Positions 51,588 through 64,000 of a stretch of DNA of 64,000 bases are shown here, one piece after another. The notes beneath the pieces are model-generated. The model worked only from the letters and a program-made list of their open reading frames with translations. It did not search any database and was not told the origin of the DNA. Both the position numbers and the translations under genes were made by a program. This DNA is from the human T2T-CHM13v2.0 reference genome, Homo sapiens: NCBI RefSeq assembly GCF_009914755.1, contig NC_060947.1; one strand, 5' to 3'. How positions within the stretch are numbered: the stretch's first letter is position 1; each line of letters opens with the position of its first letter.

Positions 51588-51643
51588 ACGAAGGGGAGGA
51601 CCAGGCTGGCGATGAAGATGAAGATGATGAATGGGATGACTGA
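51588..51643 (+). CDS. WAS: WASP exon 12 (acidic tail, stop)
   Basis: (D)EGEDQAGDEDEDDEWDD-TGA; the 12 exons sum to 1509 nt = 502 aa + stop. Confidence 0.99.
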
Positions 51644-51875
51644 GTGGCTGAGTTACTTGCTGCCCTGTGCTCCTCCCCGCAGGACATGGCTCCCCCTCCA
51701 CCTGCTCTGTGCCCACCCTCCACTCTCCTCTTCCAGGCCCCCAACCCCCCATTTCTTCCCCACCAACCCCTCCAATGCTGTTATCCCTGCCTGGTCCTCA
51801 CACTCACCCAACAATCCCAAGGCCCTTTTTATACAAAAATTCTCAGTTCTCTTCACTCAAGGATTTTTAAAGAAA

Positions 51876-51881
51876 AATAAA
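51876..51881 (+). terminator. WAS: WAS polyadenylation signal
   Basis: AATAAA about 230 nt after the stop codon, followed by T/GT-rich sequence. Confidence 0.9.
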
Positions 51882-52480
51882 AGAATTGTCTTTCTGTCTC
51901 TCTATAAATCTCAGTCTGTTTACATTCCAAATGTGGGAATGGGGTCCCTTTCCCCCAAAGTCCCTTTTATTCATTTATCCCATTTTATTTATTTAGCCTT
52001 ACATGTATATATTCATTCATTCATTTATTCCCTCAGTCATTTAGCCTGTATTTCTTTGTTTCCTTCTGCCCCTCTGTCTTTCAACATTTATTGTCAGGTA
52101 CTATTTTAGGGGCTAGGAATCAAGAAGTGGGAAAAAAAACAGACAAGAATTCCTGCCCTTAGGGGGTGAAATCCACATTCTAGGGGAAGAGACAGACAAG
52201 AAACAAGAAATCAAATAGAAATAAAAGATAGCTGCAGATCATGATAAATGCTGTGGAGTGGTAAGGCAGAGATACAGATGAAACAACATTCAGATGGAGC
52301 AGTCAGGGATGGTCACTTGGAGTAGGTGATGGTGGTGCTGGACCTAAAGAGAGAGAAATGTCGGCCCAGTTAATATTTGGGGAAAAGGGGTTCCAGGCTG
52401 AGGGAGCAGCCAGTGCAAAGGCCCTGAGGTGAGAAAAGGCTTGGCATGAGGCCAGATGTCATGCATTTAATTATTTTTTA

Positions 52481-52800
<320 letters not shown>

Positions 52801-54148
52801 TCAACACAATACTAGATTAAGAGCAGCATACTCAATGAGCAGACCTCCCCATTCTCCATGCCCATAACAACTCACACACCAGGATCTTGATGGGCAGGAT
52901 CCCCCTCTCATTTTTAAAATTTGGCTCTGCCCAGTTCCCAGTTCAAATCAAGCACTGGCCAATTGCAATGGAAAAGGCAAAGACTTAATTATCAGACAGA
53001 TCTGCTCTAGAACCCGGGAAAGATGCCTCACCTCTGAGCTTTGGTTTCCGCATCTATACAATGGAGGTAACTGATTTCCAACGGGGATCCCACTGAGTCA
53101 CCTCTCTGCCTCCTCAGGACTTGCTCTCCCAGAAACAAAGGAGTAACTCAAAAGCGTCCTTGGCGTTTACAGCTATTTCCAAGGGCATAATTAGAAACTG
53201 TTGCACAGCAAAGCCTAGAATTGAGCTCCCTGCCCCTTCCGATTTCTGAAATCTGGTGAATTCGAGATCTCAGACATCCTACCTTTAGAGGAGGAGAAAA
53301 AGAGAAAGGTAGTGGGGAGGAAGATAAAGGTGAGGGAGACTCCAGAGAGGGCAGGCTTCTTCAGTCTGCAAGAGCAACGGAAGAATTTCTAGGTGGAAAG
53401 GGGAACTCCCCCAAGCTAGAGAAGGAGGGAGTCTCAGGTTTCCTTTAATTCATTATTCTTTACACCGCAACACCACTCCCCACCCCACCCTGACCAGGTC
53501 CCCAGATGGGCACTGAGTCTAGGAAGGATCCATCAGCATCATTTATCCCTACTCCCAGTCCCCCACAGAAATCTTAGAAATCCAGTGTTCTGGTTGGCCG
53601 GGCGCGGTGGCTCACGCCTGTAATCCCAGCACTTCGGGAGGCCGAGATGGGCGGATCATGAAGTCAAGAAATAGAGACCATCCTGGCTAACATGGTGAAA
53701 CCTCATCTCTACTAAAAATACAAAAAATTAGCCGGGCGTGGTGGCACATGCCTGTAGTCCCAGCTACTCAGGAGGCTGAGACAGGGGAATTGCTTGAACC
53801 CGAGAGGCAGAGTTGTGGTGAGCTGAGATCACGCTACTACACTCCAGCCTGGGCAACAGAGCGAGACTCCGTCTCAAAAAAAAAATGTGGTATACACAAT
53901 GGAATACTATTCGGCCATAAAAAACAATGAAATCATGTCTTTTGCAGCAACATGAATGAAACTGAAGGCCATTAATTTGAGTGAAACAACTCAGAAACAG
54001 AAAGACAAATACTGAATCTTTTCACTTGTAAGTGGGAGCTAAATAATGTGTACACATGGACATAGCATGTGGAATTATAAACAACAGAAACTTGGAAGGG
54101 TGGGGAGGTGGGAAGGAAGTAGATGATGAGGAAATTACTTAACGAGTA

Positions 54149-54853
<705 letters not shown>

Positions 54854-56300
54854 TTAATGGTTGCTCAGCCTGCATTCTGGTTCCACATGTAGGTCTGCTT
54901 GTGAAAACTCATTACAGTGTTCACCCCTGGTCTGTGTACCCTTCTGTATTTGTGTTACACTCCAATCTGAGGTTTACATTACAATAGGTCAAACCTGTGA
55001 ATAAAACCTTATATTGGCTCCGGCACTGGGCAACGCAGTAATCATTAAATTAATGCTGAATGAACAGACAACTGGCTGGGAGTGGGACACGGTAGCAATA
55101 AGATGGCCTCTTAACTTTTGAGGTCTCCTGAAAAAGTGCTAGTCCAGAATGATTCACTTTCCAGATGAGCAGGAGACACCCACCCCAAGGTCACTTACTG
55201 CAGGTTTTACAGACCAGTTTAAGAAACTGCCTAAGATCAAGTAATTTAGTAAATGGCAGAGCCTGGATATGAGTCCAGGTAGTCAGGCTCCAGAATCCAG
55301 ACTTTTGCCCACTACTTTATAGTGTTTGGGGGCACTACTGGCGACAGACCCTTTTGTCTCCCTCTCAGATCCAGACAGGCAGAGGTCCTGTCTTAAATCA
55401 CTCTTGTGGGTTGGACAGGTCTCCTGGACACCCGGGAGTGGGAGAGCCCTGCTGCCCGAGGAGACTGGGGGTACATGAGGATGAGCACCTGACTCTGCTC
55501 GAGAAGGAGTAAGGGAGGGAAGGGGATGCATGGTGGGACCTTCGCTCCTGTCTGTCCCCTCAGGGCAAGCTGGGGCTGACGGAACCTCAGACCAGCCAGT
55601 CACTTCTTAATGAGCTCACAGCTGGACTGGCAGGCAGACAGAATATCCGTTTGGTTAACTGTATAACTGTTTGGTTGACTACAGAACTCATGGAGTGACA
55701 GGGAGAAGGCGCAACTTGAGGACGTGACAGCGCAGTTTCCTGAACATCTAACTGAATGACAGCCTGCCTAGGACTGGCTGGGGCTGGTAGCCTGACAGTG
55801 GAAAAGACAGGCAGCCTCCTGAGGACCTTGCAGGCTGGCTGACTGATGGCCCGTGGTGCTACTGCCTGCCTGGGTGGCCGGATGTTGTGAATGACTATTG
55901 TCAGGAATCACAGCTGGCGGGGGAATGTCTAGATGTTATACTGTCTGGCACCGTGTAAAGGAGGGCCACCTGGGGAAACTTCAGGCTAACTGATCAACAG
56001 ACCCGTGGCTGCTTGCTAGGCAGCTGTATCTGGTGATCAACTATCCACGCTGCTCGAATCACAGCATGCTGGAGGGCCTGGCTGGGTGCTCTGACTGACT
56101 GATCACCTGACAGACGGTGCGGTCAGTCGGATGCTGAGAATGACTGACGATGTGATGAGGGGCGGATTGAACGAGTCACAGGCCAGCTGGCCAGGAGCAA
56201 AATCGGCATAGCTGTCTGACTCGATGGCTGTACGTGGTTACGGACTGTCTGCCCTGATAGAATCTCAGCTTCAACGCATCAGAGGAGACTGACTTGACCA

Positions 56301-56352
56301 ATGGTGGGGATGAGTCGCCTGAGAAATGACAGACTGGCTGACCCACTGACAG
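56301..56352 (+). CDS. SUV39H1: SUV39H1 alternative upstream first coding exon (longer isoform)
   Basis: ATG...MVGMSRLRNDRLADPLT+G, donor GTGGTG, phase 1 joins exon 2 in frame; matches the N-terminus I recall for the 423-aa isoform. Confidence 0.8.
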
Positions 56353-56989
56353 GTGGTGTGGAGGCTTAATCCTACCTCTAGTTGCTGTGACTATTTGCTT
56401 TGAGGGCCTAGCTGGATGTTGTGACTGATCGTGGTGTGAATGAGAAGTAATCTGAGGGAAAGACAGTGACCAACTGATAGTGCCCGACAGGGCTGTATTA
56501 GATGCTGACAGTGACAGCTTGTCCCGACCTAATCACAGCCCGCCTGGGGGCATGGCTGGATGCTGCAGTCTATGAGAGGATTTAGCCAGGGAGAATCGCA
56601 GCTGGTCCCAGGGCTATGGTGGGTGGAGAGGAGGACTGATTGATCTGCTGACAACGTGAGGACAGGATGGTCTTAGGGAATGATAAGGCAGGCTGGCTAA
56701 CAGTGCTGTCTGCCTGCCTCCAGGGAGTCGCCGCTGGCCAGGGCACAAATGGAAGCCAGTATTGACTGCCCAGCAGTGTGGATGGGGGCCGGGAGTCTGA
56801 CTAGGCACCTGTCTGGGGCGACCGCCTGAGCAGTTGGATACGGCACTAGTCCACCTGGGAGCCCCGGCCTGCTTGGGGTTAAAATGAGATGACGGGCTGA
56901 CTGACGGTGATAACAGGGAGTATGACAGGACTGAGGAACCACTGCGACTGGCTGATAACGTGATTGGCTAGCAGTGTGACAGACAGACC

Positions 56990-57660
56990 AGCGCACGGGC
57001 AGGGCCTCTGGCAACTTTAGCTACCGCCGCTGTCGCTCCCGCTGCCGCCGCCGCCCAGACGCACTCTGGGAAAGCGCGGCGAGCACCCGCCTCCGGGACC
57101 GAGCCGGGCGGCAGGGAGGGGTTCGGTCACGGCTCTCCGGTTGGTCCGCGCGGGTGCTGCGAGTCGGGAGCCGCGGCCAATAGGCTGCGCGTTCCCGGCC
57201 ACGCCCGCGCGAGCGCTCTTCTCGCGAGGCCGGCTAGGCCCGAATGTCGTTAGCCGTGGGGAAAGATGGCGGAAAATTTAAAAGGTGAAGCAGTGGAGGC
57301 AGAGGCGCGGGCCCGCTGGCCGGGCCGGGTGGGCTGGAGGGGTGGCGTTGCCGGCTCGGGGCCCCGGCGTCCGAGGCCCCGGCGCCGGGAGCCGGAAGCT
57401 CGGCGCGGAAAGGATGAGGCTCGGGGAGCGCGGGCCTGGTGCGCGGGGCTGGGCGGGGCTCAGGGGAGGGGGCGCGCGCCTCGGAACGCAGCGGGCCTGG
57501 GGCTAAGTGGGGACGCAGGAGGGGGGCGCGCGCTGCAGATCGCGGCCGGACCGGCGCGCGCACGCGCGGGGGCTTGTCGAGGAGGCCGCGCCCGCGCGCG
57601 GGAAAATCGGCCCCTGGTGACCGTTACCCATTCGGTGTCCACGCGAGACGCCGGAAGGGG
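56990..57660 (+). promoter_or_regulatory. SUV39H1: SUV39H1 CpG-island promoter
   Basis: Very CpG-rich; CCAAT 57177, TCTCGCGAG palindrome 57220 (BANP/ZBED1-type), YY1-like AAGATGGCGG over the start codon. Confidence 0.9.
57266..57284 (+). CDS. SUV39H1: SUV39H1 exon 1 (H3K9 methyltransferase)
   Basis: aagATGg Kozak, MAENLK+G, donor GTGAAG. Confidence 0.97.
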
Positions 57661-58577
57661 AGGGAAGATAAGGGGGACAGACCCCCCCTTCAGAGTGCGG
57701 GGACTGAGAACTCTTCTGGGGGAAAGTATCGCCTCTCGGCGTGATGGGGGAAGGGTTTGGAATAGAGGATCTCCCAGAAGAGAGAAATGGGGCCTTCCTA
57801 ATAGGACAGCTGGACTCCCCCATGTGCAGGGAAAGAGGGGTGACTCAGTTATGTTGGGGGGCCCCTCTATGTGACGAAAGCCGCAGGGAGGATGGGTTCC
57901 ACAAGTGGGAGGACCTCTGAGGGGTTCAGGAGAGTCCACCTGTGGCCAGTTCCGGAGCCAGCAGCTGGAGGGTGTTAATTGGGACCACTTAAGTGGGGTT
58001 TCAAATGCAAGTGAAGGAAGGGGTTTGCGAGGACAGGCTGTAGGGAGAGGAAAGCGTGGGCACAGGCGGGCTCAGTCTCCACTTGGTCTTGCCTAAGTAG
58101 GGGGGGTAGGGCTTGCACACGAAATAATTTTGAAAAGCTCTTGTACGTTTTTAGGTTGACATCTAAAGTTTAGGTGTGATTTTTGCAATGGGAGGCAGAA
58201 AATATTAAACATTTTAAAAAGATGATATAGGATGAGGACTGACTGCCCTTGGAATGTTTTGAGACATGATTTGATAAAATGGCTTCTAAAGTACTTTGAT
58301 TAAGAATGTGCCTTGAATCAGAAAGAAATCTGTTTTTTAAAATCCGTGTGTCTTACAAAATTTTGGCAGTCCCAGAAATATACCAGGTATATTTAAAAGA
58401 ATCAGTGTCACTAATCTGTACCGCTTTGCGTATAAATTCAGAGCATAACCCTTTGGATGAGCTTTACTCTTCACAGAAAGATGGATGAGACAGAAAGTCA
58501 AAATGCAGTGTGAAAAAATATACCTTGTGGATTTAAGGCACCCAGATTGATCATTTAAGGAGCCTTCCTGTAATGTA

Positions 58578-58912
58578 GTATCATTCCACAATCTCTTGCT
58601 CATAATTCCGAAATCTAAAAAGCCCTGAAAACTGAAATCCTTTTCTTAAATTTGGCACCATTTATGGCAAAAGTAGATTATAAAGTGGAACTCTTCTGTG
58701 AGGCTATTTTATATCTCTATTTCTCCTATTTAATGTGGGAAATTCATACTTTTGCTGCAGGACGGTTAATGCATTTGATTATAGCTTGATGTCCCCTGGC
58801 CACGCTGGGGGTGTTAGGTGATGTATGGGATATCCTAGAACTAGTCTTGTAAAATCCAAAAAATTTTGAATTCCAAAACACATCTGGCCCAGGAGTTTGA
58901 GATAAGGGATTA
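58578..58912. mobile_element. MER46-like Tigger MITE (second partial copy at ~63660-63870)
   Basis: ccacaatctc...aaatccaaaaaattttgaattccaaaacacatctggcccagg...gataagggatta. Confidence 0.6.
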
Positions 58913-59382
58913 AAGACCAGTCTTTCCAGTTACGCCTTTGTTTGGTGCCCTGGAGGTTTTAATCTTGTCCTCCCATCCGCCCCACCTCGGGGCACTGCAT
59001 CCTACTGAGATGGGGGGTTGTTCTCTTTCTTTTGCAAAGTGGAGAGAGGGGTGATCAGGTCCTGAACCCAAAGCAGGTTTGCAGGCAGTTTTAGGAATGA
59101 CATGGAGTTTGAAGCTCTGGAAATAGATTCCTTTAGGACAATTCATGTTGCAAACCCCGCTTAGAGGTCTGCTGCTCCAGGGGCAGCTTTGGGCAGTGAG
59201 TATTGGGGTTCAAAGCACATTTCTGTTGTAGAACAGTCTCAGCACTGGGGAAGGCCTGTGGATTAAATTTCCCTGACTCTTAGTCAGTCTTTGGGATGTC
59301 CCAGGGAGGATTTGGGGTCCCCTTTGACTCCTGGCCTAGTCAGGCTGCCCAGTAATAGTTCTTTCTGCCCCGCTTGATCCAG

Positions 59383-59528
59383 GCTGCAGCGTGTGTTGCA
59401 AGTCTTCTTGGAATCAGCTGCAGGACCTGTGCCGCCTGGCCAAGCTCTCCTGCCCTGCCCTCGGTATCTCTAAGAGGAACCTCTATGACTTTGAAGTCGA
59501 GTACCTGTGCGATTACAAGAAGATCCGC
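59383..59528 (+). CDS. SUV39H1: SUV39H1 exon 2 (start of chromodomain)
   Basis: (G)[48 protein letters not shown]; donor GTGAGT. Confidence 0.99.
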
Positions 59529-60571
59529 GTGAGTCTGGGGTGACCATGCTCTGGGAGGGGACAGGTCACAAGGAAGTTAGTGTCCTGCCCTCTTGTCCCC
59601 AACTGCCCACATCTGTTTCCAAAGGGAATTTTCTCCTTTGACCCTGAAAACACAGGATGAATAGACCCTTTTATCCCTATGTTACAGATAGGGAAACTAA
59701 GTAGCTTTCTGGGCAGGAGCCGGAATGAATTCCCAAATAAATCTCTTCCCATCTCCCTAGGAATACAAAGTAATTGCAGAGATTGAGATGCTGAACCCTG
59801 GAGTGGAAATGTCAATAGCTAATGGCTATTGAGCACTTTCAGTGTGCCAGGCGTTTCCTCTCGGAAACTCATTTAATCCCCTAACAACTGAAATGGGGAT
59901 AGTTATTGCCAGAAGGGGGAGTGGCAGGATGGTTAGGAGAACAAACTGGAGTCAGCATGCTTGGGTTCCAGTCCTGGTTGTGTTACCCCAGGCTACCTAC
60001 CCAAACCTTCAGTACTTCATTTTCCTTGTCGTAAAAGAGGGATAACTAGGAGCATCTACCTCATGTGGGGTTGTGAGGATTAAGTTAGTTAATAATACAT
60101 GTAAGCTGCCTAGAACAGGCAAGGACTTGTCAGGGTCCAGGTGAGCCAGGGTGGTGGCAGTGATGATGGTTTGTCACTGGACGTATTTTGAAGGTGGGGC
60201 CAACGGGATGTGCAGAGGGTGGGTGTCGGAAGTGTGAACAAAAGAGAAGTCAAGGATGACTCCAGGAGTTCCGGTCTGAACAGCTAGAAGGGAGGGAGCT
60301 GATGATGGGGAAGACCAAGGAGAGGAGTGGGTTTGGGAGATTAATTAAAAGTTGGAACAGTTTGGACAGACAGTAAGGGGGAGAGGAGGATTTGAACCTA
60401 GTAATCCTCACTCTAGAGCCCATGCTTTTTAATCACCGCATGAAGTCATTCCAGAAAAGGGGTGGGGTGGGGTAGGTGTTATCCATCAGCTTTGGGATGG
60501 AAGCCCCATGAAGGCTGGCCCAAAGATCTCACTACTTACGGTACCCCCGTCCCCCTACCCACCCCCAACAG

Positions 60572-61234
60572 GAACAGGAATATTACCTGGTGAAATGGCG
60601 TGGATATCCAGACTCAGAGAGCACCTGGGAGCCACGGCAGAATCTCAAGTGTGTGCGTATCCTCAAGCAGTTCCACAAGGACTTAGAAAGGGAGCTGCTC
60701 CGGCGGCACCACCGGTCAAAGACCCCCCGGCACCTGGACCCAAGCTTGGCCAACTACCTGGTGCAGAAGGCCAAGCAGAGGCGGGCGCTCCGTCGCTGGG
60801 AGCAGGAGCTCAATGCCAAGCGCAGCCATCTGGGACGCATCACTGTAGAGAATGAGGTGGACCTGGACGGCCCTCCGCGGGCCTTCGTGTACATCAATGA
60901 GTACCGTGTTGGTGAGGGCATCACCCTCAACCAGGTGGCTGTGGGCTGCGAGTGCCAGGACTGTCTGTGGGCACCCACTGGAGGCTGCTGCCCGGGGGCG
61001 TCACTGCACAAGTTTGCCTACAATGACCAGGGCCAGGTGCGGCTTCGAGCCGGGCTGCCCATCTACGAGTGCAACTCCCGCTGCCGCTGCGGCTATGACT
61101 GCCCAAATCGTGTGGTACAGAAGGGTATCCGATATGACCTCTGCATCTTCCGCACGGATGATGGGCGTGGCTGGGGCGTCCGCACCCTGGAGAAGATTCG
61201 CAAGAACAGCTTCGTCATGGAGTACGTGGGAGAG
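60572..61234 (+). CDS. SUV39H1: SUV39H1 exon 3 (chromodomain, pre-SET, start of SET); gene continues beyond the window
   Basis: [21 protein letters not shown]...CECQDC...CPNRVVQKG...[24 protein letters not shown]; donor GTAGGG. Confidence 0.99.
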
Positions 61235-64000
61235 GTAGGGAGATGGGACCCGGTGTGTGTGTGCAGCTCTTCCCACCCTGTGTTCACAGTGTGCACCCGG
61301 CTCTCCTCACTGTGTGTCTGAAACTCCCTGCTTTCCCTATGGGAAAGGCCTGGGAGACTGATCTGAGTGTCACAGGGACATTGGGCAGGGGCTAGTATTC
61401 CAAGCTGGTACACACCAGCATGGCCATGCTGGTGGTTACAGGAACACCAAAATACTTCTGCACTGGGTTGACTTTATCAGGGTACTTAGCAAAGAAGAAA
61501 AGTGGGAGCTGAGATCCAGGCAGCCTTAGCATTCCTTGTAACAGGCCATGTGGTCTGGCATAGGGCTGCATCAGCTGGAAAGGCACTTCCTCTTCTCATT
61601 TCACAAGGGCCCATCTTATCACCAAGCAGTATCTGCCTGAGGAGCATTGTTTTACCAGTCTGCACAGAAGGAACGCAGTCTGGAGTAGGATGAGACATGC
61701 CTTGGACAAAGGTTGGCTAACTCCTTTAGACTTTCAGGACACTGGGGAAGGCCGAGTGTATTAGGCAAGCCAGCCATTGTAAAAACAACCCCCTCATCTT
61801 AGTGACTTTGCACATTACAAGTTTGCTTGCTCATGGAACAGTCCATTGTGGGGGTTTGAGTGGGTATCCTTTCACACAGCAACTGGGACACCTAGGCTCT
61901 TTCCCTCCTGTGCCTTTGCTGTGCCTTGAAGCCTTGGAGTCACTACCAGATCCTCAGCATTGCCTGGCAGGCGGGCCAAGTGGGGGATAGAAGGGGCCCA
62001 TCCTAGTGGGCCAGGCCTAGATGCAGCACCCATCACTTCTGCCCATGCTCCACTGGCTGGAACTGAGTCACTGGCCTTACCTCCATGCAAGAGAGGCAAC
62101 AGGATGTGCTTTAGCCATGTGCCCAGCTGCACAAGGCTAAAGCACAGCCATAACTAGCAACTAGATAACTAGCAAGTATCTACAACAGAAAAATGTCGCA
62201 TTCTAAGATGGGATGCAGTTAGCATTTGGGATGAGATGATTTTTCGTTATGTAGAACTGTCTCATGCATTGGGGGACATTTAGCATCCCTGGACCTTGAC
62301 CATTTAAATCCATGAGTGTGCCCTGTCATAGTGACAACCCCAGATACCTCTATATATAGCCATAGGTCCCTTAGGGGTGTGATATAGTTGGAAAGTGACA
62401 GAAACTGGCCTGAGGAACACTCACATGAGGGTGTCCACACTGTAGCACTGATACTGATGACAAGGAGAGGCTCCTACTCTGAGAAACTGTACAGAGGGTC
62501 ACATCTGACAGGGACAGAGACAATCTTGGGTAGAACAATCTACACCACAGAGGACCCTGACAGTCTGGGCAAGGAGACAGCCACACCCTGTCCAGATAAC
62601 CCTGCTGGCCTGCTGGAGGAGATGTCTACATGCCACAGGACCTGGCCATCTGGAAGGAGGAGGTGGGGAGGTGTCCACACCCTGAGGGCTCCTGACAGTG
62701 GGCGGGGGAAGGAGTCCTGATAATCTGCAGGAAGTCCATGTCCCACAGTGACCCCAGTGACCTGGAGGAAGAGCTTGTGCTCTCCACACTCTAGAGGACC
62801 TGGTGGTCTGACTTAGGAAGTGTTCACACCCATGTTGTCATGACAGGAAAAAGAAGTGTCCTCACCCCAGAGGGATCCGGACAGCCTGGAGATCTAGTCT
62901 ACACCCAAGGGCACCCTGACAGTATCGGGGGAAGTGTCCATGCCCTCAATGTCCTGACGCTCTGGAGGAAGTGTCCAGAGGTTGAAGGAACCCAAACTCT
63001 CTGGAGGAGATGTCCAGACCCCATAGGACCCAGACAGTCCACCGTCCTAGGGGCTGCACAGAGCAGGAAGTATCTCAGCCTCACTGTACTGGCATCTGGA
63101 GGAAACACTGTCTACCACACAGGGTCCTGACAGTCGAGGAGGAAGACTACACCCCAAGGGCAGCCTCAGACCCTCCTGGGCCTGAGACTTTTCTGGCTGC
63201 TCTTCCTTAGTGTCAGTGTCTTTAATCCTCCCAGGGATCCTCTCAGCCCTGTCCTCACCCTTCCTGCTCTCCACACATTCTTGCTGCACTATTTCCTGAC
63301 CGCCCTCCAGCACCCTCAGACCCATGGGTCCTCCTGATGGTGCCACAGGCCTCCGGAAAGAGCCAAACTCATCTTCCCGCATTCCCCTCTGAAGAGACAG
63401 TATAGCAAATGGTTAGGAGGGTGGACTCTGGATCCTGACTGCCCGAGGCTGAATCCCAGCTCCACTACTCATCAGCAATCACTAACCTCTGTGCCTGCAT
63501 TTACTATGTAAAATGGGAACAATAATAGCACTCACCTCACAGGCTTGTTACAAAAATTAAATGAGTTACTATGTATCAAGCACTTGGAAAAAGCACTTGA
63601 ACAGTGTTCAGTACACAGTAAGTTTGATACAAATGTTATCAGCATAGTTCAAACTTCAGCAAATCCAAAATGTCTGGAAGACCAAGTTTTTTTGTAACCC
63701 ATCTGGCTACAGGACCCAGCCTGACCGGATAGGGTCCTATTTGTAGTTTTTATTTATCCTACTTGGGGTAATAGTCATACATTTCGTTGCAGCAGTTCTA
63801 ATTTACTTGATTCTGTAGTGCCGTCCCAGATGCTGCCAGGGTGTTACGGAATCAAGGGCCTATCTGCACACCATGCTATCTACTGTCCTTCTTCAGCTGG
63901 GACATGTACTGACAGTCTGTACCAAGAGCTCCCTCCACGGGAGCTGCCCTTCCCTCCTTTGCAGCCTCCCACATTGGGTCAGAACTTTCACGTTCCTGCA

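Noticed and set aside
57266-57874. 202-aa ORF beginning MAENLKG
   Set aside because: Read-through of SUV39H1 exon 1 into GC-rich intron 1; the real frame splices at 57284

Overview
Human (primate) X-chromosome genomic DNA, Xp11.23. The right half holds the complete 12-exon WAS gene (+ strand, CDS 44333-51643, 502 aa; the codons I checked, R86 and Y291, are wild-type) and the 5' part of SUV39H1 (+ strand, two alternative first coding exons plus exons 2-3). The left 36 kb looks like repeat-dense intergenic DNA: dozens of Alus, Tigger3, L1, THE1/MST/MLT1 MaLRs, a solo HERV-W LTR17 and an SVA. However, the unique islands between the repeats carry about 20 minus-strand exon-like segments, mostly with AG/GT boundaries and compatible phases. 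They form a decayed multi-exon gene of unrecognised family running head-to-head from the CpG island at ~36.7-37.5 kb. A second notable object is a spliced, polyadenylated, L1-retrotransposed MER41 ERV mRNA copy with two intact GAS (STAT) motifs 3.1 kb upstream of the WAS start codon. Almost all entries in the ORF track are Alu/SVA/simple-repeat artefacts. Repeat family names are from recognition of consensus sequences by eye, and their boundaries are approximate unless TSDs are quoted.
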